From an uncultured virus (IMG/VR IMGVR_UViG_3300044647_000866) (taxonomy: Duplodnaviria > Heunggongvirae > Uroviricota > Caudoviricetes), in the IMG/VR virus record IMGVR_UViG_3300044647_000866: a DNA stretch of 64,000 bases; one strand, 5' to 3'. Under the pieces are notes generated by a model. The model saw only the letters and a list, made by a program, of their open reading frames with translations, was not told where the DNA came from and did no database searches. Below are positions 1-6,962 of the stretch, piece by piece; the first letter of the stretch is position 1; each line of letters begins with the position of its first letter. The position numbers were made by a program, and so were the translations under genes.

Positions 1-2
1 AA

Positions 3-908
3 GAGCCAAAGGCCGAAGCCCCGGTCGAACAGCCGGAAGTCGCTGAGGAACCGGTTGCCGAGGCTCCTACGGCCGAGGTAAAGGCCGAGGAAAAGCCCGA
101 AATTCCGGAAGTCCCCGAGCCGGTCGTTCGGGCCGAGGCCAAGGAAGAGCCGAAAATTACTCAGGAGACTGAGCAAAAGAAGCCGATGGTGCCGAAGTCG
201 CGCCTCGACGAGGTGTTGGCTAAGCAGAAGGCGCTGCAGAAGCAGCTCGATGATCTTATGGCAGCAAAAACCGCTGCTGAGACGGCCCCAGATAGCTTTG
301 ATTTTGCGGTCAAGGAGGTCGAATACCAGAACATGGTACTCGACGGGCAGCATGAAAAGGCTGCGGCGCTGCGTCAGGAGATCCGCCGGGCTGAACGCGC
401 CCAGTTGGAGTTTGAGCTGACCCAGAAAATGGAGCAAAAGGTCACCCAGAGCCAGCAGATGTCGGCGCTGCAGCAGGCCGCGTCGGAGTTGGAGACGAAT
501 TTCCCGGTTTTCGACCGCAACAGCCCTGAGTTCAACGAGAAATACACGCAGGAAGTGATCGATCTGCGCGACGCATTTATCGTTAAGGGCGAAAACCCCG
601 TCGCTGCGCTGTCAAAAGCGGCTAAGTTCGTCCTCCGTGAGTACGATCTGGTCGATATGAGCACCCAAGAAACCCCGTCTTTGGCGGCTCCTACCGCTAC
701 GAAGGCCGCTCCGGTCGACGAAGTGGCTAAAAAGCGTGCCGATATTGCTCGCAAGATGAAGGCCGCCGAGTCCCAGCCGCCTGATATGCCGGGTGAGAGC
801 TCTGCCGCACGCGGTGAAAAGGCATTCGACGTTATGCAGCTGACGGAGGACGAGTTTAACGCCCTCCCGGCAGCGACCCTTAAGCGGCTGAGAGGCGATG
901 TCGTCTAA
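3..908 (+). CDS. Capsid scaffolding protein (5' truncated by window edge)
   Basis: Frame is open from nt 3 (E/P/A-rich EPKAEAPVEQPEV...). Contains VPKSRLDEV coiled-coil and a C-terminal LTEDEFNALP...LRGD tail; lies upstream of the capsid gene. Confidence 0.75.
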   Translation, partial: EPKAEAPVEQPEVAEEPVAEAPTAEVKAEEKPEIPEVPEPVVRAEAKEEPKITQETEQKKPMVPKSRLDEVLAKQKALQKQLDDLMAAKTAAETAPDSFDFAVKEVEYQNMVLDGQHEKAAALRQEIRRAERAQLEFELTQKMEQKVTQSQQMSALQQAASELETNFPVFDRNSPEFNEKYTQEVIDLRDAFIVKGENPVAALSKAAKFVLREYDLVDMSTQETPSLAAPTATKAAPVDEVAKKRADIARKMKAAESQPPDMPGESSAARGEKAFDVMQLTEDEFNALPAATLKRLRGDVV

Positions 909-1192
909 TGGCTACCCGAGACTCGCGTTTGGCCCGAGCTGGCGTCTCTGGCTACAACAAACCTAAGCGCACACCAAGCCATCCGACCAAGAGCCACGTG
1001 GTTGTGGCTAAGTCGGGCGAGCAAGTAAAGACTATTCGCTTCGGCCAGCAGGGCGTGAGCGGCTCCCCCCGTAAAAAGGGGGAGTCCGAAGCCTATCGCA
1101 ACCGCCGCGAGTCTTTTAAAGCTCGCCACGCCGGTAATATCGCTAAGGGCAAGATGTCCGCAGCGTATTGGGCCGATAAGGTTAAGTGGTAA
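908..1192 (+). CDS. Small basic phage protein (K/R-rich)
   Basis: 94 aa, TAATG-coupled to scaffold; motifs KTIRFGQQG and FKARH...SAAYW recur in aquatic phages. Confidence 0.8.
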   Translation: MATRDSRLARAGVSGYNKPKRTPSHPTKSHVVVAKSGEQVKTIRFGQQGVSGSPRKKGESEAYRNRRESFKARHAGNIAKGKMSAAYWADKVKW

Positions 1193-1371
1193 TGGCTAAG
1201 GCTAAGTCAAAGGTCAACGCCGCCGGTAACTACACCAAGCCGACTATGCGTAAGCAGATGTTTAACAGCATAAAAGCCGGTGGAAAAGGCGGTAAACCAG
1301 GTCAATGGAGCGCCCGTAAAGCACAGATGCTTGCGGTTGAGTACAAAAAGTCAGGAGGAGGCTACAAGTAA
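1192..1371 (+). CDS. Small basic phage protein
   Basis: MAKAKSKVNAAGNYTKP...GGKPGQWSARKAQMLAVEYKKSGGGYK; TAATG coupling on both sides. Confidence 0.8.
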   Translation: MAKAKSKVNAAGNYTKPTMRKQMFNSIKAGGKGGKPGQWSARKAQMLAVEYKKSGGGYK

Positions 1372-1550
1372 TGGCTAAGGACTGGATCAAAGACGCGATC
1401 AAGAAACCTGGTGCCCTGCGTAAGAGCATGGGGGTAAAGAAAGGCGAGAAGATTCCGGCTAAAGAGCTGAAAGCAGCAGCCAAGAAGTCAGGCAAAACCG
1501 GCCAGCGTGCCCGTTTGGCCATGACCCTTCGTAAGATGAAGAAGGATTAG
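1371..1550 (+). CDS. Small basic phage protein, 59 aa (absent from ORF track)
   Basis: Hand translation MAKDWIKDAIKKPGALRKSMGVKKGEKIPAKELKAAAKKSGKTGQRARLAMTLRKMKKD*; AGGAGG upstream; start overlaps the previous stop. Confidence 0.8.
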   Translation: MAKDWIKDAIKKPGALRKSMGVKKGEKIPAKELKAAAKKSGKTGQRARLAMTLRKMKKD

Positions 1551-1553
1551 TCC

Positions 1554-1805
1554 ATGGGGTTAGCTAAGTCACAGAAGTCCCTTAAAAAGTGGACTAAGGA
1601 GGACTGGGGTACCCGTTCTGGCAAGAACAGTACCCAAGGCTCTAAAGCGACTGGCGAACGGTACCTGCCGAAGAAAGCTCGGCAGGCGCTGTCCCCGCAA
1701 GAGTATGCTGCTACCACCCGTAACAAGCGTCGTTCGCTTGCTAAGGGGGAGCAGTTTTCGAAGCAACCCAAGCGTATCGCCAAGAAGACGGCGCGATACC
1801 GTTAA
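1554..1805 (+). CDS. Small basic phage protein (DUF5872-like)
   Basis: SQKSLKKWTKEDWGT...TGERYLPKKA...EYAATTRNKR pattern; fills the gap in a tight operon. Confidence 0.75.
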   Translation: MGLAKSQKSLKKWTKEDWGTRSGKNSTQGSKATGERYLPKKARQALSPQEYAATTRNKRRSLAKGEQFSKQPKRIAKKTARYR

Positions 1806-1822
1806 CCACAGGAGACGAGCGT

Positions 1823-1951
1823 ATGAAGATGAAGAAAAAGGGCGAAAAAGGCCCGATGCACCGCATGCCGGATGGCACCATGATGCCGGGTAAGACCCAC
1901 GGCGCTAAAAAGCCTGCTAAGAAGGCGGCCAAGAAGAAATATTCTTATTAA
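1823..1951 (+). CDS. Lys-rich 42-aa protein (absent from ORF track)
   Basis: MKMKKKGEKGPMHRMPDGTMMPGKTHGAKKPAKKAAKKKYSY*; AGGAG SD upstream. Confidence 0.7.
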   Translation: MKMKKKGEKGPMHRMPDGTMMPGKTHGAKKPAKKAAKKKYSY

Positions 1952-1955
1952 ATAG

Positions 1956-1984
1956 TTGCGAACTTTCTACTCTGTTGTTAATCT
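1956..1984 (+). promoter_or_regulatory. Sigma70-like promoter for the capsid gene
   Basis: TTGCGA-17 nt-TAATCT with TGn extended -10. Confidence 0.55.
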
Positions 1985-1994
1985 ACAACTGAAC

Positions 1995-2183
1995 TCGTCC
2001 GTTGGAACGATATCCAGCCGTGTCGCACACGTTAAAAACGTGCTGATTTCGCCCCGCATAGGCGTTAAACGTGCCGAGGTCGCGCCTCGTTAATACGCGC
2101 TAAGTCGTGACCCCACGATACGGGGAAACGGTTTAGCCGCACCACAAGTCGGCTGTAGGCTGGTAATGCATGTGCATTACTAG
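1995..2183 (+). ncRNA. Structured capsid 5' leader: tandem small pseudoknots plus two hairpins
   Basis: Repeated S1-S2-S1'-S2' units, e.g. CGAGG/CCTCG with CGCG/CGCG and TCGT/ACGA with GTTGGA/TCCAGC; hairpin CTGGTAATGCA/TGCATTACTAG at 2160-2183. Confidence 0.55.
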
Positions 2184-2213
2184 ATTTTGTAACGCAATTA
2201 AAGGAGAAGCCAA

Positions 2214-3356
2214 ATGGCTCTTACTAACTTTGCGGCGCTGACTAGTGATCAACTCACGGCGTGGAGCCGTGATTTCTGGCGCGTCGCTCGCAATATGTCG
2301 TTTGTGAACCAGTTCGCTGGTTCGGGTTCTAATGCAATGATCCAGCGCGTGACCGAGCTGACGAAGTCAGACAAGGGCACGAAGGCTGTCATCACGTTGC
2401 TCGCCGATATGACCGGTGACGGCGTGACGGGCGACACCACGCTTGAGGGTAATGAAGAGGCGCTCCGCGCTTACGACATCACCATCGAGCTCGATCAGCT
2501 GCGCTTTGCGAACCGCATTGCCGGTCGCCTCGCTGATCAGAAGTCGGTCGTCAACTTCCGTGAGACCAGCCGCGACGCCCTCGCCTACGCGATGGCTGAC
2601 CGTATGGACCAGCTCGCGTTCTTGACGCTCGCCGGTGTTGCTTACACGCACAAGACGAGCGGTGGTCTTCGCAGCGTTTTGGCCTCTGGCCAGAACCTGT
2701 CGAACCTTGAGTTCGCCTCGGACGTGTCGGCTCCGACCGCTGCTCGTCACCGTCGCGTTTCGGGCAACGACATCGTCGCCGGTGATACGACCACGATCAC
2801 GTCTGCTGACATCCTCAAGTATCGCCATATCGTGGCCCTCAAGGCCTACGCTAAGGACCAGTACGTCCGTGGTGTTCGCGGCGCTGGTAACGACGAGGTG
2901 TTCCACCTCTTCGTGACGCCGCAGCAGATGGCCGCCCTCAAGCTCGATTCGGACTTCCTTGCCAACGTGCGTAACGCTGGCATCCGTGGTCCGAGCAACC
3001 AGTTGTTCGCTGGTTCGAGCTCGCTGATGGTCGACGGTGTGATGGTCCACGAGTTCCGCCATGTGTTTAACACTGCTGGCGCGACGACTGGTACCTCGGC
3101 GAATGCCGGTGCCGCTGGCTACAAGTGGGGTGCTAACGCCAACGTTGTTGGTGGTCGTGCCCTCTTCTGCGGCGCTCAGGCTCTCGCTATGGCCGACATC
3201 GGTCTGCCGGAAATCGTCGAAGATACCTTCGATTACCAGAACCAGTCTGGTATCTCGATTGGTAAGATCTTCGGTCTCCGCAAGCCGAAGTACAACAGCG
3301 ATGTCACTGCCAGCGTCCAAGACTTTGGCGTGATCGCGCTCGACACGGCCATCTAA
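2214..3356 (+). CDS. Major capsid protein, N4-gp56/DUF4043 family
   Basis: 380 aa; TELTKSDKG...GDGVTGDTTLEGNEEAL...LDQLRFA and ALFCGAQALAMA...GLRKPKY...DFGVIALDTA; AAGGAG SD; terminator follows. Confidence 0.9.
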   Translation: MALTNFAALTSDQLTAWSRDFWRVARNMSFVNQFAGSGSNAMIQRVTELTKSDKGTKAVITLLADMTGDGVTGDTTLEGNEEALRAYDITIELDQLRFANRIAGRLADQKSVVNFRETSRDALAYAMADRMDQLAFLTLAGVAYTHKTSGGLRSVLASGQNLSNLEFASDVSAPTAARHRRVSGNDIVAGDTTTITSADILKYRHIVALKAYAKDQYVRGVRGAGNDEVFHLFVTPQQMAALKLDSDFLANVRNAGIRGPSNQLFAGSSSLMVDGVMVHEFRHVFNTAGATTGTSANAGAAGYKWGANANVVGGRALFCGAQALAMADIGLPEIVEDTFDYQNQSGISIGKIFGLRKPKYNSDVTASVQDFGVIALDTAI

Positions 3357-3362
3357 GTCGTG

Positions 3363-3399
3363 AGGGGGCCCTCTCTTCGGAGGGGGTCCCCTACTCTTT
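3363..3399 (+). terminator. Intrinsic terminator after the capsid gene
   Basis: About 13-bp GC-rich stem, cUUCGg loop, followed by an imperfect U tract (ACTCTTT). Confidence 0.7.
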
Positions 3400-3414
3400 A
3401 AGCCAGGAGGTTCC

Positions 3415-3825
3415 GTGAAGGTCATTGCAGACCAAGAGATTCGGGTAGCCACCCTTAGCGGTGCGTGTGTATTGTTTCTTCCGGGTGTCGAGCGCGAAGT
3501 GTCTGATGAGATCGGACTACTAGCCCTTCAGATGGGAGCAAAACAGACGGATGTGTTGAAGCTCCCCGAGCCGGTTGTGGCTAAGCCAGCACCGGCGAAG
3601 ACTGTGACGGAACCTATCGCCAAGGCCGCTGAAGTCGAGGCTTTTGAAGAGTTCAAGTCTCTTGATGATGTTATTAACGGGATGGAGAAACTGGTACAGT
3701 TTGCTGATCCCGAAGATTTTAAGGCTGATGGGACGCCCAAAGCGTCGGCGGTTAACCGTGTTGTCGGGCGTACTGTTAGCACCGAGGACCGCGAAGCTGC
3801 TTGGGAGGCGTTCCTACACTCGTGA
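3415..3825 (+). CDS. Hypothetical head-associated protein
   Basis: 136 aa, AGGAGG SD before GTG; C-terminal DFKADGTPK...DREAAW motif; position after capsid. Confidence 0.7.
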   Translation: MKVIADQEIRVATLSGACVLFLPGVEREVSDEIGLLALQMGAKQTDVLKLPEPVVAKPAPAKTVTEPIAKAAEVEAFEEFKSLDDVINGMEKLVQFADPEDFKADGTPKASAVNRVVGRTVSTEDREAAWEAFLHS

Positions 3826-3833
3826 GGTAGATC

Positions 3834-4544
3834 ATGGCTGTCACCGTACAAAGCGTTATTGATCGGGTTCAAAAGACCCTTCAGGACACGACCGGTGTCC
3901 GTTGGCCTGTAGTGGATGAGCTCGTACTCTGGGTTAATGACGCCCAGCGAGAGGTTGCCCTCCTCAAGCCAGATGCTTCTGCTAAGAACGTAACCGTCAC
4001 TCTTGCTGCCGGTACGAAACAGGAGATTCCCAGTGACGGTAACCGCCTACTTCGGGTGGTCCGTAACATGTCGGCAGCTTCCAGCGGTGTTGGTAAGCGC
4101 GCTGTTCGCATCGTGTCTCGCGAAGTTCTTGATGCCCAGACTCCTGACTGGCACGACCCGCTCGTTACAGGCGACGCTGCACATGTAGCTGTTATAAAGC
4201 ACTACATCTATGACGAGCAGAACCCGCGTAACTTCTACGTGTACCCCGGCGTTGCGTCGCCTGCAGCCTCTTATGTAGAGATCATTTACTCGGCCAACCC
4301 GACGACTGTTGCTCAGAACGGAAACCTCGATATTCCGGACATTTTTGCGAACGCCGTCATGAACTATGTTCTTTACATGGCTTACATGAAGGACGCGGAT
4401 TATGCGGGCAATCAGCAGCGAGCGTCTTCTCACTTTCAGCTGTTCATGGCATCAATTACTGGTAAGGCGCAGCTTGACGCCGTTACTTCGCCAAACTTTG
4501 ACGCAAGCCGCCCGGTGATGTCCGCCCCAGTCGTAGCGGGGTAA
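3834..4544 (+). CDS. Head-tail adaptor protein (DUF6682-like)
   Basis: LQDTTGVRWP..ELVLWVNDAQRE..LKPD, FYVYP and YVLYMAYMKD motifs. Confidence 0.75.
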   Translation: MAVTVQSVIDRVQKTLQDTTGVRWPVVDELVLWVNDAQREVALLKPDASAKNVTVTLAAGTKQEIPSDGNRLLRVVRNMSAASSGVGKRAVRIVSREVLDAQTPDWHDPLVTGDAAHVAVIKHYIYDEQNPRNFYVYPGVASPAASYVEIIYSANPTTVAQNGNLDIPDIFANAVMNYVLYMAYMKDADYAGNQQRASSHFQLFMASITGKAQLDAVTSPNFDASRPVMSAPVVAG

Positions 4545-4550
4545 TAAGAC

Positions 4551-5234
4551 ATGGCGCTCTATGAGTCGCTGCTTCCTGAGATCATCCCGATGGTACCGGG
4601 CTGTCCAGACACGCTGATCGAAAACAACATTCGAGCAGCCGTCATCGAGCTGTGCGAAAAGGCGGCTGTGCTTCAGGCCGAGCTTGATCCGATCACGACT
4701 GTCGCTGGTGTGTACGAGTATGACCTCGAACCACCGTCAGGCACGGTTGTGCATAAGATCATGTGGGTTGTGCACGATGGCAAGGACATCGAGCCGATTA
4801 GCACCAGTCTGTTAGAGCAGCGCAAGCAGAACTGGCGAGACGCCGACAATCGCGGCACGCCGGAATACTACGTAAAGACCAGCCAGTCTCTGTTCTGGAT
4901 GGTGCCTGTACCTAACGTTACGAAAGCCTCCAGCACCATCGTGCGAGCGCAGTTGAAGCCTACGCAGACTTCTACTGCCGCTGACGATGAGCTGATGACT
5001 GAGTATCGCGATACAATCGTCAACGGCGCTTTGTTTCGTTTGCTGCGTTTACCGAGCAAAGACTGGACTGATTTCGGCGGCGCACAGGTGTACTCGTCGC
5101 TGTTTAATGAAGGCATTACACAGGCTGATCGTCGCGCTAGGAACGCCGACGTTGGTATTGCTAGGAAGGTAGCGTATGGCGGGATCTACACTCCATTCTC
5201 ACAACGGCGAAATCGTTACGGTCGCGGCGGTTGA
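4551..5234 (+). CDS. Second adaptor/connector-like virion protein
   Basis: VPGCPD..IRAAVIELCEK and IVNGALFRLLRLP.KDW motifs; follows the first adaptor. Confidence 0.7.
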   Translation: MALYESLLPEIIPMVPGCPDTLIENNIRAAVIELCEKAAVLQAELDPITTVAGVYEYDLEPPSGTVVHKIMWVVHDGKDIEPISTSLLEQRKQNWRDADNRGTPEYYVKTSQSLFWMVPVPNVTKASSTIVRAQLKPTQTSTAADDELMTEYRDTIVNGALFRLLRLPSKDWTDFGGAQVYSSLFNEGITQADRRARNADVGIARKVAYGGIYTPFSQRRNRYGRGG

Positions 5235-5631
5235 GCCGTTCGTAGCCGACGTTCGTAGAGAGTGGGATTGGGTAAGACCGGGTATTGAAGAGATCTTACG
5301 TAACTCTAAGGCTCTTACGTATCGGGCGGAAGATGTGTACGCGGCGTGCGTTAGCCAGCAAGCCGTGCTTTGGGTGACTAGTGAAGGCTTCGTCGTTTCG
5401 ACAACCGAGACTGACACCTTCACAGGTAAGAAAACGATGTTTCTTTGGCTCGCATGGGCTAAGGAAAAGGGGAATAGCTTGGTATCTAAGTATCAATCGT
5501 TCTTCGAGAGAGCGGCGCGCGAGGCGGGGTACAGCTACCTTGAAACTAGGTCGCCCTTCCTAGGCTTGATGCCGCACTTAACAGAGAACGGTTGGTCGAT
5601 TGATACCGTGGTGTATACGAGGGAGCTATAG
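5176..5631 (+). CDS. GNAT-like protein preceding ejection genes (copy 1)
   Basis: W..VRPGIEE...EDVYAAC...GFVV...FLWLAW...AREAGYSYLETRS pattern; true start uncertain. Confidence 0.55.
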   Translation: MAGSTLHSHNGEIVTVAAVEPFVADVRREWDWVRPGIEEILRNSKALTYRAEDVYAACVSQQAVLWVTSEGFVVSTTETDTFTGKKTMFLWLAWAKEKGNSLVSKYQSFFERAAREAGYSYLETRSPFLGLMPHLTENGWSIDTVVYTREL

Positions 5632-6272
5632 TGGCCAGCAAACCAAAAGCCTCTGATTACAAGGCAAGTGACGCAGAGAAAGCCTCTGCTTCGGTGGCTA
5701 TGGCAGAGTATCAGTACTTCAAAGAGAAGTACGATCCGCTCCTGCAGCAGATGCGCGACAAGTCTTTGACCGAGGATGTCCAGTCGGGCCTTCGCGGTCG
5801 CGCCAATGCGGACGTTATGCAGGCGCTTTCTGCTCCTAGTTATGAGGCTGCTACTAGCTCAACTGCTGCTGGCGACACAGCTCAGGCGCTTACGGGCCAG
5901 CTTGGCGCTGCAAACGTAGCGGCGAAACAAGTTCAGAACACTATGCAGTCCAACGTGCTCGGCACTGCCCGTGGCCAGGCGGCTGACGCGCAAAGTGGAA
6001 TGGCTCAGGCCAGCCGCCTTGCTACGTCGAGCGCACTTGAAAGAGCCCGCGCAAATCAGATGGTTGCCCAGGCTAAGCAGGCGGCGGTTGCTCAGGTCGG
6101 CAGTACGCTTGTTGCACAAGGTCTAGATAACATGTCGACTTCCTCTGAAGCAGTAGACGCTGCAACTGGCCAACCTACACGTGGTAGTTTCTTTACTCCG
6201 GTCAATCGTAGCGGTGCTAAAGTTACTGGCGCAAGGAACCGACTTGGCTACTCGCAATTTTTTGGGGGCTAG
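5631..6272 (+). CDS. Internal virion/DNA ejection protein
   Basis: A/Q-rich helical 213 aa; position after the GNAT-like gene. Confidence 0.6.
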   Translation: MASKPKASDYKASDAEKASASVAMAEYQYFKEKYDPLLQQMRDKSLTEDVQSGLRGRANADVMQALSAPSYEAATSSTAAGDTAQALTGQLGAANVAAKQVQNTMQSNVLGTARGQAADAQSGMAQASRLATSSALERARANQMVAQAKQAAVAQVGSTLVAQGLDNMSTSSEAVDAATGQPTRGSFFTPVNRSGAKVTGARNRLGYSQFFGG

Positions 6273-6275
6273 GTA

Positions 6276-6953
6276 ATGGTTACTCCTTCAATGACTTCTT
6301 TAAACCTAGAAGAAATGCTGCGCCTGCAACAGCAGATGCAGATTACTGGTGCTACTCAGAACGGTTTGTCTGGCGGTCGCACTGGCGTTGACGACTCTGA
6401 TAGGGTGTACACTCAGAACCGCTCGTCTGCCGGTCTTACCGACGTAGCCGATCCTGAGAAAGCCTACGCTGATCTGACTCGTCGAGAGTACCTTGACTAC
6501 ATTCAAAACTATCGCGGTTTTGAAGAACAGCTGATTAACAAGGCTCAAACCGATCGCGCGTTGATTGATCAGGCCCGTAAAGACGTTGGTGTTGCTTCGG
6601 CTCTGACGCAAGGCGTCGCGTCCCGCAATGTTCAACGATACGGTGTAGCCCTAACCCCCGATCAGATACAGCAGCAGGGGTTGCGTTTGCAGCGAGCCAA
6701 TACGCTCGGCGGTATTCAGGCGGTCAACGACGCTAAGATCGCCCAGCGCGAAGCCAATACGGCCTTGCTGTCTGACCTAATCAACATTGGTCAGGGCGTA
6801 AACCGCGCTTCGCAGCAACAACTTGGTTCAGCAGCAGCGGACGCAACCGCGCGTCGTAACGCCTACACTCAGGCCAAAGCGCAGTCGAAAGCAAATACTT
6901 ACTCCACGATTGGCTCGCTGGCATCAGCTGCTATCTTGGCGTTCGCATTCTAG
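6276..6953 (+). CDS. Internal virion/DNA ejection protein
   Basis: Q/A-rich; NVQRYGV motif; hydrophobic C-terminus. Confidence 0.6.
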   Translation: MVTPSMTSLNLEEMLRLQQQMQITGATQNGLSGGRTGVDDSDRVYTQNRSSAGLTDVADPEKAYADLTRREYLDYIQNYRGFEEQLINKAQTDRALIDQARKDVGVASALTQGVASRNVQRYGVALTPDQIQQQGLRLQRANTLGGIQAVNDAKIAQREANTALLSDLINIGQGVNRASQQQLGSAAADATARRNAYTQAKAQSKANTYSTIGSLASAAILAFAF

Positions 6954-6962
6954 AGGTAAGTC

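Noticed and set aside
2367..3452. 361-aa minus-strand ORF opposite the capsid gene, and similar antisense ORFs such as 26583-27545, 39325-40245 and 56285-57409
   Set aside because: Shadow ORFs from codon bias in GC-rich genes; no recognisable motifs.
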